A stretch of 64,000 nt of DNA. Origin: a virus. This document shows, piece by piece, positions 29,802 through 39,013 of the stretch (position 1 is its first letter; each line of letters opens with the position of its first letter). The stretch is from positions 56,475 to 120,474 of the IMG/VR virus record IMGVR_UViG_3300029136_000219; one strand, written 5' to 3'. Below the pieces are notes generated by a model that was given only the letters and a program-made list of their open reading frames with translations, did no database searches and was not told the origin of the DNA. A program made the translations under genes and the position numbers.

Positions 29802-30431
29802 ATGAGTTATACTGAACTTTGGGGCATTAAAAAAAATTGGTACGGTGAAGAAATCAAATCGTATCAAAACAGCTATATATTTGTGCCTGTTATTTGTGAC
29901 AAACTACTTTGTGAATACATATCGGAAAGTGAAAGAAGAAAAATGATCGGCTTCGATTCGGAAGCTATTAATTCTTATTTGTTCTTTTGTTTTATCGGTA
30001 TTGGTAATTGGGAAAAGCTTAACAATAAGATTAATGATTCTGATTGTTTCACTAACCGTATTATGTGGGATTTATGTAATTCAGGTATTTTTTCTGCAAA
30101 AGACAAAGAAAAGGTGGCTGACTGTATTATCAAATTTTCTGAAAAATATTTTTCTGATGAAGAATATGCCATTACTGCCAAAAGACTTCACGAAGTTGCA
30201 GAAGATATACAAAATCTTGACAAAAAATATAAATATTTTTGTATTCATGGAACTTCTTGTGATGATAATGTTGAGCGTTGGTTTTACGACTTGGAAGGAG
30301 AAGCAGCACCACTATCTGATTGCTGTGACCCCGAATGTTGTTTTGTGACAATTTCAGATAATAATGAAATTTCATATAAGAATTGTTCGGAAGTGACAAA
30401 AAGAATTAAATTAAGGTGCAAAAATATATGA
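29802..30431 (+). CDS. hypothetical protein (tandem paralog B)
   Basis: ATG after TGGAGGT. WGIKKNWYGEEIKSYQN...VADCIIKF...KYKYFCIHGTSCDD parallels paralog A. Confidence 0.6.
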   Translation: MSYTELWGIKKNWYGEEIKSYQNSYIFVPVICDKLLCEYISESERRKMIGFDSEAINSYLFFCFIGIGNWEKLNNKINDSDCFTNRIMWDLCNSGIFSAKDKEKVADCIIKFSEKYFSDEEYAITAKRLHEVAEDIQNLDKKYKYFCIHGTSCDDNVERWFYDLEGEAAPLSDCCDPECCFVTISDNNEISYKNCSEVTKRIKLRCKNI

Positions 30432-30454
30432 GAAAAAAGATAGAATGGAAAATA

Positions 30455-30492
30455 GATAAAAGGCAGCAGGTAAATATATCTGCTGCTTTTTT
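30455..30492 (+). terminator. rho-independent terminator
   Basis: GCAGCAGgtaaatatatCTGCTGC, then a T run. Confidence 0.65.
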
Positions 30493-30495
30493 ATT

Positions 30496-30565
30496 TGTAA
30501 ACAATTTGTGAAGATTTAAGAATATTTCAAATTTTTCCGAAATATTTGCGATTTATATAGTGAAG
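30496..30565 (+). promoter_or_regulatory. conserved promoter-like cassette
   Basis: TGTAAACAATTTGTGAAGATT...GAAATATTTGCGATTTATATAGTGAAGGC. Confidence 0.5.
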
Positions 30566-30611
30566 GCTCAAAAAAATGGGTCGAAGTTTCATATTATAGG
30601 AGGAATTTTTT

Positions 30612-30926
30612 ATGGAAACTACAATCTTAGAAATCAAAAGAAACAAAGAAACAAATCAAATTACTGACAAAATTGAAATTCGTAATTCTTTCACATTTGG
30701 CATTCAAGAAATTACATATTTCACAACAAACAAATCAAAGTTTAGAAAAGCTTTGATTATACTTAATGAAATGGCATTGCCTAACTTGATTTGTAAAGAA
30801 CTAAGAACAACTGAAGGATATACAATTATGTGTTATTCAAATGATACAGATATTGAAAAGACTGTGCATTGCGTTTTTTCTGATTGCCTTCAAGGTAAAA
30901 AAGTTAAGATTATTAAAATAGGTTAA
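30612..30926 (+). CDS. hypothetical protein
   Basis: AGGAGGAA RBS. Confidence 0.55.
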   Translation: METTILEIKRNKETNQITDKIEIRNSFTFGIQEITYFTTNKSKFRKALIILNEMALPNLICKELRTTEGYTIMCYSNDTDIEKTVHCVFSDCLQGKKVKIIKIG

Positions 30927-30942
30927 AAAAGGAGAAAAAAAT

Positions 30943-31539
30943 ATGAACACATTTTTAGTTGGAATAGGAATAGCATTCTCTATTATTATTGGCGTTTTGG
31001 CAATTATTTTTATCATTAGTCAAACGATTGAAAATTATGAATACAACGACTTTGGTACGTATTTATTAGATGGAATGATAATTATATTCATTATTTCTGC
31101 GGTTATTGTGGGTTGTTTAGGCATTTATGAATTAAAAGATGATAATAAAGCTGAAATTACTCCATATTATTCACAAGGTCATATTGTCGGTGGGAAATTT
31201 GTTAGTTCTAATGAATTATTACCGTTTGAGGACGGTTCGTATGTAAAAAAATCAGAAGTTAATGATTTTTCTGAAAATTCTGATACATATTACATTCGTA
31301 TTTATATCAATGACAGTGGTGATTTCGTTGAGCAAACAATAGAAGGTGAACTTACTTATTCTTATACAACGGATAAGCCACATATTGAAAAGTATTTGTC
31401 TAAAGAAAAAACAATTATAAGTGATGAAGAATATTCGTATAAGATTTATATTCCCAAAACTGAAAAATCAACAGAAACAACTCAGAGTACCACTAATACT
31501 GAAACAACTACTGATAATGCAGTAGAAAATAATAATTAA
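30943..31539 (+). CDS. membrane protein
   Basis: AAGGAGAAA RBS. Two TM helices. Confidence 0.55.
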   Translation: MNTFLVGIGIAFSIIIGVLAIIFIISQTIENYEYNDFGTYLLDGMIIIFIISAVIVGCLGIYELKDDNKAEITPYYSQGHIVGGKFVSSNELLPFEDGSYVKKSEVNDFSENSDTYYIRIYINDSGDFVEQTIEGELTYSYTTDKPHIEKYLSKEKTIISDEEYSYKIYIPKTEKSTETTQSTTNTETTTDNAVENNN

Positions 31540-31556
31540 AAAAGAAAGGAAAAATT

Positions 31557-32468
31557 ATGAGGAAGATAGAACAAAACAAGTATTATAACAATTTTGATGA
31601 GGACAATGATGAGATGTATGTTGTACATAACAACGGAAGTTTTACAAAAAAATGGATAATCATCGGAGTTATTGCGTTTCTTTTTGTTGTTTTAATCGGA
31701 ACAAGTATGACACAAGTAAGAGCCGGTCATACAGGTGTTGTATCAACATTTGGTAAAATTAGTTCAAATGTATTGCAGGAAGGTTTACACTTTAAAGCAC
31801 CTTGGCAAAAGGTAACTAAGGTTGATAACCGTATTGTTAAACTTGAAATTGAAACAGAATCATCTACAAAGGATTTGCAGACTGTATCGGCAAAGTTAGC
31901 AACAAGTTATCGTATTAATACCAATATGTCATATTCGATTATTAAGAATGTCGGTAAGAACTATGAAGATGTTTTGGTAACACCGGCAGTAAATGAGGTC
32001 CTTAAAGCCGTAACAGCTAAATATACAGCAGAAGAATGTATTTCATCAAGAAGTAAAGTATCAAAAGAACTTGTTGATGAGATTAATAAAAAGCTTAACG
32101 CTCAAGGTATTTATGTAAATGATGTAAATATTATTAATTTTGATTTCTCTGAGGCATATAATAAGGCAATTGAGGACAAGCAGGTTGCAGAGCAGAAATT
32201 AAAGAAAGCTGAAACAGATAAGCAGTCGGCAGTTGTAAAAGCACAGGCTGAGGCTGAAAAGAAAAAAATTGCTGCTGAGGCAGAAGCCGCTGCTACAAAG
32301 GTTAAAGCAGATGCACAAGCTGAGGCAAACGAAAAACTTAACAAATCAATTAATAAAAGCCTTATTGATTATGAAATTGCTAATAAGTGGAACGGTGAAC
32401 TTCCTAAAGTATCAGGTTCAAATGGTACACTTATTAATTCAGACAGCTTGTTAAACGGCAAAAACTAA
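31557..32468 (+). CDS. SPFH/band-7 (prohibitin/HflC-like) domain protein
   Basis: N-terminal TM helix. SPFH core (GHTGVVSTFGKIS...LHFKAPWQKV). A/E/K-rich coiled-coil tail. Confidence 0.7.
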   Translation: MRKIEQNKYYNNFDEDNDEMYVVHNNGSFTKKWIIIGVIAFLFVVLIGTSMTQVRAGHTGVVSTFGKISSNVLQEGLHFKAPWQKVTKVDNRIVKLEIETESSTKDLQTVSAKLATSYRINTNMSYSIIKNVGKNYEDVLVTPAVNEVLKAVTAKYTAEECISSRSKVSKELVDEINKKLNAQGIYVNDVNIINFDFSEAYNKAIEDKQVAEQKLKKAETDKQSAVVKAQAEAEKKKIAAEAEAAATKVKADAQAEANEKLNKSINKSLIDYEIANKWNGELPKVSGSNGTLINSDSLLNGKN

Positions 32469-32477
32469 CAAAAAAAC

Positions 32478-32506
32478 AGCCAAGATATTATTTTTCTTGG
32501 CTGTAC
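32478..32506 (+). terminator. hairpin terminator
   Basis: CAGCCAAGAtattatttttCTTGGCTG. Confidence 0.5.
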
Positions 32507-32517
32507 GAGGATTTTTT

Positions 32518-33198
32518 ATGTCAAACGATATGTATAAAAATAATTTAAAAAATTGGGTTGATAATTTTGACGAACAAACAAAGATTGAATCAGGCAAAGC
32601 TTTTAATACTTATTATAAGATGAAATCACAAAATGTTATTTATCCAAACAGTGCTGATATTTATAACGCTTTTATGAAAACTTCTTATGATGATGTTAAG
32701 GTTGTAATTTTAGGTCAAGACCCATATCACGAAGAAGGACAGGCAAACGGTTTGGCTTTTTCAGTCAACAACGGTGTGAAAATGCCACCTTCATTAAAGA
32801 ATATTTTTAAAGAACTTCAAGATGATATTGACGGTGAACTTCGTACTAATACTGATTTGACCGATTGGGCTAAGCAGGGTGTATTTCTTTTGAACTCGTC
32901 TTTAACTGTTATAGAGGGTAGACCTAACTCGATGGCTGATATTTGGAATACTTTTACCGACAGTATCATTAAACTACTGAACGGTAAAGAAAAGCCTATT
33001 GTATTTGTTCTTTGGGGCAAAAATGCAAGAGATAAGAAAAAGTTAATTGATACAAATAAACATTTTATTATTGAATCTGCACATCCAAGTCCATTATCGG
33101 CATACAGAGGTTTCTTTGGTTCAAAGCCGTTTTCAAAAGTAAATGAATATCTTATTTCTACCGGTCAAGTACCGATTGATTGGGTAGGTGAATGCTAA
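32518..33198 (+). CDS. ung: uracil-DNA glycosylase (family 1)
   Basis: GQDPYHEEGQANGLAFSV and HPSPLSAYRGFFGSKPFSKVNEYL match the UNG water-activating and leucine-loop motifs. Confidence 0.85.
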   Translation: MSNDMYKNNLKNWVDNFDEQTKIESGKAFNTYYKMKSQNVIYPNSADIYNAFMKTSYDDVKVVILGQDPYHEEGQANGLAFSVNNGVKMPPSLKNIFKELQDDIDGELRTNTDLTDWAKQGVFLLNSSLTVIEGRPNSMADIWNTFTDSIIKLLNGKEKPIVFVLWGKNARDKKKLIDTNKHFIIESAHPSPLSAYRGFFGSKPFSKVNEYLISTGQVPIDWVGEC

Positions 33199-33199
33199 A

Positions 33200-33865
33200 A
33201 TGGATTTGCGTTTACAATTGTTCATTTTGGGTATTGGTATTGGCTTATTACTAAATTTTAGTATTAAGAGCCTTTATAATTTGCTGAAATATAAGCCTGA
33301 AAATAATAAGAAAGCAAGTGCAAAAATCATTGATAGTTCATACGACTATGTTTACATACACGAAGCAGGGCATGCGTTTCTTGCACACATGTTTTGCAAT
33401 GAATATTCCGTTGAGGCTGATATATCTAAAGATAAAAGTCCTTGTGTTACATATAGCAAAGAAATTTGTACAAAAGATGATGTTAAAAATCTAATTCTTA
33501 TATGTTATGCAGGGGCGGCGGCAGAAGAAGTTATTTTAGGTGAATTTAGTGCCGGTTCTATAATCAGTAACAAATATAATGATAGTGATTTTGTAAAGTG
33601 TGTTGATTTTTTAAAAGCATATATTCTTTTAGAAGAAAATAATTCTTCACATCCTAAAGAATCAAGACACAGTAAAACAATGCTTGACAGTGATTTTAAC
33701 GATTTAATAGTTGAAAAAAGCAAGCTATTTTATAATGAAACACTTAAAATCATTGAACAGAACAAAAAAGTGATTATAGAATTTGCTAATTTGATTAAAA
33801 AGAAAAGACAATTGTCAAAGGATGAAATTGATGAATTTCTTATCAAAAAGGATTTGAACTTATGA
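33200..33865 (+). CDS. stand-alone FtsH-type (M41) zinc peptidase domain protein with N-terminal TM helix
   Basis: HEAGHAFLA (HExxH) and a downstream AGAAAEEVILGEFSAGSIISN block resemble the FtsH protease domain. No AAA ATPase domain. ATG after AGGTGA. An alternative GTG at 33188 is possible. Confidence 0.6.
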   Translation: MDLRLQLFILGIGIGLLLNFSIKSLYNLLKYKPENNKKASAKIIDSSYDYVYIHEAGHAFLAHMFCNEYSVEADISKDKSPCVTYSKEICTKDDVKNLILICYAGAAAEEVILGEFSAGSIISNKYNDSDFVKCVDFLKAYILLEENNSSHPKESRHSKTMLDSDFNDLIVEKSKLFYNETLKIIEQNKKVIIEFANLIKKKRQLSKDEIDEFLIKKDLNL

Positions 33866-34024
33866 TATATTTTGTGATTATAATTTTTGTAATCGTAGTT
33901 GTTTGTTCAGCATGGTTTTTGATTGAAGATTATAAACTAACTAAAGAATTTAACAATGAAATACAAAAATTAAGTGATAATTTAGATTCTGTTATAGAAA
34001 AATTAACTAAAGGAGAAAATAATT

Positions 34025-34810
34025 ATGAAGAATAACACATACAATTTTGAGAAAAAACAATCTGTTTTTGGATTGTTGAAAATGATAATTAGCATATATA
34101 AGGTATTTGATGCCGGAATGATTATCATAAGTTTTGCTTTATCTGTACTGTTTAATATATTCCTTAATAATCAATACTTTAAGGAAAGTGAGACTTGGAC
34201 TAATACATTAAAATATGAACGACTATTTACTAACATTATATATTCTTTTATATTTGTAGTAAGTTTTTTCATTATCTTATTTGCTTTGTCTTGGATTGTA
34301 AGAGGCATTACATACGGCTGCGCAAAAATTAAGTCATTCTTAAAAATGAGATACTTACCATTATCAAGTAAGGAAATCGAAGAAACTCTTGGTGAAAAAT
34401 CTAAATATTATGACTATATTAATTTTATCAATGATTTTCTTAAGGTGAAATTATTCTATTTTGACTCATCTGTAATCTCTACTTTTACTTTTATAAATGA
34501 ATGGAGCAAAAAATATTGTATAATTAAAATCCCAAGTGAATTATTTGATCAAATTGCGGAAAGTGCAGTTAAATATTACAATTGTACTAAAGACGAATTT
34601 ATTGATTCTTTTGAATATGAGAAAGCAAAATATGAGATGATAGATGATAGTAAGGACCTTTATATTGGCAAAATTTCTTTTGCAAAAAACGGCGAAATAA
34701 TAACCCTTATCGAGTATAATAGCTGTAATGATATTAAAGTGCAATTTAAGGATGGAACTATTGTTAGCACAACATATTATAAATTTATAATCGGGGATAT
34801 TGACAAATAA
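34025..34810 (+). CDS. membrane protein (paralog family) with C-terminal repeat module shared with 38233
   Basis: RYLPLSSKEIEE...YYDYINFINDFLKVK. C-terminal ...IIEYNSCNDIKVQFKDGTIVSTTYYKF. Confidence 0.6.
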   Translation: MKNNTYNFEKKQSVFGLLKMIISIYKVFDAGMIIISFALSVLFNIFLNNQYFKESETWTNTLKYERLFTNIIYSFIFVVSFFIILFALSWIVRGITYGCAKIKSFLKMRYLPLSSKEIEETLGEKSKYYDYINFINDFLKVKLFYFDSSVISTFTFINEWSKKYCIIKIPSELFDQIAESAVKYYNCTKDEFIDSFEYEKAKYEMIDDSKDLYIGKISFAKNGEIITLIEYNSCNDIKVQFKDGTIVSTTYYKFIIGDIDK

Positions 34811-34824
34811 TGCAGGAAAAAAAT

Positions 34825-35586
34825 ATGATTTATGTAACAGGTGATTGTCACGGCGATTGGAGAAGATTTCAACCAAACTGTTTCCCCGAACAGAAAAATA
34901 TGAACCGTAACGATTATGTAATTGTATGCGGTGATTTTGGTATATGGCATGATACATATGGCAAAGAAACAGAAGAACTTAACAAACTTGCAAAGTTGCC
35001 ATTCACTATTCTTTTTGTGGATGGCAACCACGAAAATTATGACCGTCTTGAAAGTGAATTCCCTGAAGTTGATTTTCATGGCGGTAAAGCACATAAGATA
35101 AGAGAAAATATATATCATCTTGAAAGAGGATATGTGTTTGACCTGCAAGGTAAAAAGTTTTTCTGCTTTGGTGGTGCATCTTCTCACGATATAAGTGATG
35201 GTATTCTTGATCCAAATAATTATGAATCAAGAGAAGATTTCGTTAAGGTGTATAACGAATATGATTTATCCGGTAAAATGTTTAGGGTAAAAAATATATC
35301 TTGGTGGGAAAGAGAATTACCAAGTGAAGAAGAAATGCAACGAGGGTTAGATAATCTGAAAGAAAATAACAATAAGGTCGATTTCATAATATCTCATTGT
35401 GCTCCACAATCTATTGCAGATATTATAGGCTGTGGACTGTATCAAGAAGATATTCTTACAGATTATTTTGAAAAAATCAAAAATACGGTCCATTTTACAA
35501 AATGGATATTTGGCCACTACCATGATGATATTAAATTTTTAGATGATTATATCTTATTGTATTATCAATTTGTGAGAATTGTATGA
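34825..35586 (+). CDS. calcineurin-like metallophosphoesterase (PPP-type phosphatase)
   Basis: GDCHGD, GDFG and GNHE motifs. ATG after AGGAAA. The track start 34810 is in frame. Confidence 0.75.
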   Translation: MIYVTGDCHGDWRRFQPNCFPEQKNMNRNDYVIVCGDFGIWHDTYGKETEELNKLAKLPFTILFVDGNHENYDRLESEFPEVDFHGGKAHKIRENIYHLERGYVFDLQGKKFFCFGGASSHDISDGILDPNNYESREDFVKVYNEYDLSGKMFRVKNISWWERELPSEEEMQRGLDNLKENNNKVDFIISHCAPQSIADIIGCGLYQEDILTDYFEKIKNTVHFTKWIFGHYHDDIKFLDDYILLYYQFVRIV

Positions 35587-35605
35587 CGGAAAGAAGGTAG
35601 ATATA

Positions 35606-35800
35606 TTGACGATTGTTCATTACAAAGGCTATTCGGGGGAAATTCATTTTTCTAAAAAAGATAATCTGTTTGTCGGTCAGGTGATAAATATTGTTGACTC
35701 AATCAATTTTCACGGAAAAACAATCGAAGAATGTATTAAGTATTTCCACAAATCTGTTGATGAGTATATATTAATTCAGAAAGATTGTGCACAACGGTAA
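35606..35800 (+). CDS. HicB-like antitoxin-family protein (orphan)
   Basis: HYKGYSGEIHFSKKDNLFVGQVINIVDSINFHGKTIEECIKYFHKSVDEYI matches the HicB/UPF0150 N-terminal domain. TTG after GAAAGAAGG. An alternative TTG at 35579 is possible. Confidence 0.55.
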   Translation: MTIVHYKGYSGEIHFSKKDNLFVGQVINIVDSINFHGKTIEECIKYFHKSVDEYILIQKDCAQR

Positions 35801-35866
35801 AAACAAATATTTACTTTTTTATAAAAAAAGTGTAATATAAACACAAGAAAATATAAGAGGAAAATT

Positions 35867-36190
35867 ATGGAACAGAAAAGTATCAAAGAAAAATTACATA
35901 ATCACATTAAACCGTTAGGCACCGGCGATTTGTACTTTTTGTATTATAAAATATATGGGCTTAGTGAGGTATCAACTACGGCATTTCTTAACGACATATA
36001 TAATCATTTTACTATTTTTGTAAAGAAATATGATTGCACTTGTAAAAAATCGAATCTTTTAAAGCCCCAAAAAAATGAAATTGGTTTTGCGGTAAAAGTA
36101 GAAGGTGCTCCTGAGAAGATTAACAAATTAGCGTATGCTATTGCTGATATTTTGCAACAAAACTCAATTGAGGATTTTAGTAATGCGTAA
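35867..36190 (+). CDS. hypothetical protein
   Basis: AGAGGAAAA RBS. Confidence 0.55.
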   Translation: MEQKSIKEKLHNHIKPLGTGDLYFLYYKIYGLSEVSTTAFLNDIYNHFTIFVKKYDCTCKKSNLLKPQKNEIGFAVKVEGAPEKINKLAYAIADILQQNSIEDFSNA

Positions 36191-37142
36191 AAAATTAACA
36201 TTAAAAATACTTACGATTTTAACTTCATTCCTGCTGCTGTTTGGTTGTTCAGCTAATGTAGTTAATAATACAACACAGCAAAGTATATCTGATACTTTAT
36301 CAACTACAAACAGTCAAAATAGTAGCAAAAATAACATTACAAGTAGCACGACAACACAACAGACTTTTGATATTTCTTCGATACCTGAATACAATGGTTC
36401 ACCTTATGTTGAAATTAATGACAATGTACCGCAATTTACAAAGAGTGAGATTACTACATCATCATTTGAGATATATGGTAGTTTAGACGGTCTTGGACGG
36501 TGCACAACGGCTTTTTCCTGTATAGGTAAAGACTTAATGCCAACAGAAAAAAGAGAAGAAATAGGCTCAGTAAAACCGACAGGCTGGCACCTTGCTAAAT
36601 ATGATTTCATTGACGGCAAATATCTTTACAACAGGTGTCATTTGATAGGTTATCAACTTACAGGTGAGAATGCTAATGAAAAGAATCTGATTACAGGCAC
36701 GAGATACCTTAATATTCAAGGTATGCTGCCTTTTGAGAACGAAGTAGCTGAATATATTAAAAATACAAACAACCATGTTATGTACCGTGTAACACCTATA
36801 TTTGAGGAAGATAATCTTCTTGCCGATGGTGTGCAAATGGAAGGATATTCAGTTGAAGATAAGGGCAGAAGTATTTCATTCAATGTATTCTGTTACAATG
36901 TTCAACCCGGCGTGAATATTAATTATGTAACCGGCGATAATTCTACATCAGGAGAATATACAACAACGACTGATAAAGATATAACGGACACATATATTGT
37001 AAATCTCAATACAAAGAAATTCCACAAACCAAGTTGTAGTTCAATATCTCAAATGAGTAAGAAAAATAAAAAACAATACAAAGGAAAAAGAAGCAGTTTG
37101 ATTAACAATGGTTACGAGCCTTGTAAAAACTGCAATCCGTAA
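36183..37142 (+). CDS. secreted lipoprotein DNA/RNA non-specific endonuclease (EndA/NucA-like)
   Basis: Lipobox LLLFGC. YNRCHLIGYQL(x)N active-site-like block. C-terminal Cys motif KFHKPSC...GYEPCKNCNP. Confidence 0.55.
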   Translation: MRKKLTLKILTILTSFLLLFGCSANVVNNTTQQSISDTLSTTNSQNSSKNNITSSTTTQQTFDISSIPEYNGSPYVEINDNVPQFTKSEITTSSFEIYGSLDGLGRCTTAFSCIGKDLMPTEKREEIGSVKPTGWHLAKYDFIDGKYLYNRCHLIGYQLTGENANEKNLITGTRYLNIQGMLPFENEVAEYIKNTNNHVMYRVTPIFEEDNLLADGVQMEGYSVEDKGRSISFNVFCYNVQPGVNINYVTGDNSTSGEYTTTTDKDITDTYIVNLNTKKFHKPSCSSISQMSKKNKKQYKGKRSSLINNGYEPCKNCNP

Positions 37143-37145
37143 GAT

Positions 37146-37385
37146 ATGACGAATTATACATCATCTAATAAAACAAAAAGTACAGAATATACATATTTTG
37201 TTGCAACAGCAGTGAATAGTAAGGATAATTCTACAAGCAAACAGTTATTCAGAGAACAGTTTGCTACTGTTGAGGTATATAATATACATAACGGTCATTT
37301 CGTAGAAAATACTAATTATGTTCCTATTAGAACACATTTCATTTCATCTTCCTTTGATTCTGCTTTGTCATATCACTTACGGTAA
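37146..37385 (+). CDS. hypothetical protein
   Basis: 79-aa ORF. Confidence 0.4.
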   Translation: MTNYTSSNKTKSTEYTYFVATAVNSKDNSTSKQLFREQFATVEVYNIHNGHFVENTNYVPIRTHFISSSFDSALSYHLR

Positions 37386-37461
37386 ACTACCACATATCTA
37401 AAGAAATATAGTTTTGCGGATAAAAATTTATAAATAAAAATTTTTAGGAGAGAAAGCAGAT

Positions 37462-37941
37462 ATGGAACAAAATATATTTAGAGGCAAACCTGTGAATGAA
37501 GAAGATTATTTCTATTTCAAAAAGGTTTGTTCATACAGTGATGATTATTGCAAAGAAGGTTTCTTCTTTGGCACATTAGTTGTAAACAACGATAAATATT
37601 ATATTTGCTTGAATATGAATATAAATATGTCAGGTAGTCTTTTAAAAAACAAAATTGGTAATGTGACTGCAACAATGGTAGAGGTAATACCTGAAACAGT
37701 AGGAAAATTCACCAAAATTACGGATAAAAATGGTAAAAAAATTTTTGAAGGAGATATTGTAACGTACAACGGTGTTAAAGAAAATTATAATGAAGAATTT
37801 TCAAACTGTGGTGAAATCGAAATTTCAATGAAGAACAAAATCACTTTTTCAAACAGAGAAACCATTGATATGGATGATTTATATGAAAGTGACACAATTG
37901 CTAATTGTGAGATTATTGGTAATATTTATGAGAAGCATTAA
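37462..37941 (+). CDS. YopX family protein (paralog 3)
   Basis: TAGGAGAGAAAG RBS. C-terminal EIIGNIYE. Confidence 0.7.
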   Translation: MEQNIFRGKPVNEEDYFYFKKVCSYSDDYCKEGFFFGTLVVNNDKYYICLNMNINMSGSLLKNKIGNVTATMVEVIPETVGKFTKITDKNGKKIFEGDIVTYNGVKENYNEEFSNCGEIEISMKNKITFSNRETIDMDDLYESDTIANCEIIGNIYEKH

Positions 37942-37943
37942 TT

Positions 37944-38102
37944 ATGAGATATAAAGTAATTTGTAATGGTAAAATCAGTTATCATACACAAAAAGAAACA
38001 AAAAAATTAATACAAGAATGGGGCAAAAAGAATAATGATCCAATCTATTTACTCGATGAGACTTGGATATTGAGAGATACAATATATTTGAACAAAATAT
38101 AA
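37944..38102 (+). CDS. small hypothetical protein (52 aa)
   Basis: ATG overlapping the upstream TAA (TTAATTATG). Below the track cutoff. Confidence 0.35.
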   Translation: MRYKVICNGKISYHTQKETKKLIQEWGKKNNDPIYLLDETWILRDTIYLNKI

Positions 38103-38110
38103 TATTTTTT

Positions 38111-38140
38111 AGAGTAACCTTTATGGTTGCTCTTTTTTTA
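38111..38140 (+). terminator. rho-independent terminator
   Basis: GAGTAACCtttatGGTTGCTC, then a T run. Confidence 0.55.
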
Positions 38141-38148
38141 TGCCCTTT

Positions 38149-38216
38149 TTTGTTAATATTTTGCGAACTTTATGGAAAATTACAAATTTTTCATAAATAT
38201 TTGCGATTTATATATT
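38149..38216 (+). promoter_or_regulatory. conserved promoter-like cassette (identical to 1633-1703)
   Basis: 68-bp exact repeat. Confidence 0.5.
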
Positions 38217-38232
38217 GAAAGGAGCGTTTATA

Positions 38233-38994
38233 ATGCCTTATCCAAATAGACTTTATGAAACAAATATTTCTAATCGAGGTCAAAAAATGAGAATTGTTGC
38301 ATATCGAAGTGCAACTGATATTGACGTAGAATTTGAAGATGGTACTGTTGTTGAACATCGAACATACAGAAGATTTAAAGAAGGCCATATTTCTAACCCT
38401 AATTATAGCGACTACGACAAAGTGGGAGAGGAAAATATATCAAATTACGGTCAGAAAATGAAAGTAATTGCCTGCCATAATCTTAACAACGTTGATATTC
38501 AATTTGAGGACGGCACTATAGTTACCGGAAGAAGATATTCTTCATTTAAAAAAGGAAGCATTTTTAATCCAAATTTGAAAAGATTATATTTGAATCAAAG
38601 CCAAAAAGCAAATAACGGTCAGTTGATGAAAATAATTGAATACAAAAATGCTAATGATATTGTCGTTGAGTTTGAAGATGGCACTATAACAAAAACATCA
38701 TATCGTGCTTTTAGGAAAGGCAGTGTTGCAAATCCTAATGTTAAAACAAAATATAATAGAAGCTTTTGGAACAATATGGCAAAAAGCAGAATCGGCGAAA
38801 CAAACATTGCTTCTTGTGGTATGGAAATGACAATTGTTGAATATAACGGAGCAAATGATATTATCGTTGAATTTAAAGACGGCGCAAGAACTCATACCAC
38901 ATACAGTAATTTTAAAAGCGGTATAGTGAAAAACAAGAATATCAGTAAAACTAATTATGCAAAAAAAAGATATTCGTCTTGTTTTAGTAAATAA
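38233..38994 (+). CDS. protein made of four tandem ~55-aa repeats
   Basis: Four repeats of NxSNxGQKMxIVxYxxAxDIxVEFEDGTxxxxxYxxFKKGxIxNPN. ATG after AAAGGAGCG. Confidence 0.65.
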   Translation: MPYPNRLYETNISNRGQKMRIVAYRSATDIDVEFEDGTVVEHRTYRRFKEGHISNPNYSDYDKVGEENISNYGQKMKVIACHNLNNVDIQFEDGTIVTGRRYSSFKKGSIFNPNLKRLYLNQSQKANNGQLMKIIEYKNANDIVVEFEDGTITKTSYRAFRKGSVANPNVKTKYNRSFWNNMAKSRIGETNIASCGMEMTIVEYNGANDIIVEFKDGARTHTTYSNFKSGIVKNKNISKTNYAKKRYSSCFSK

Positions 38995-39013
38995 TAGAAA
39001 GGAAATTTGTTTT

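Noticed and set aside
29292-30399. Alternative-frame ORFs 29292-29522 (+), 30001-30348 (+), 29975-30181 (-), 30172-30399 (-)
   Set aside because: Nested within the tandem paralog pair, whose frame is validated by conservation between the two copies.
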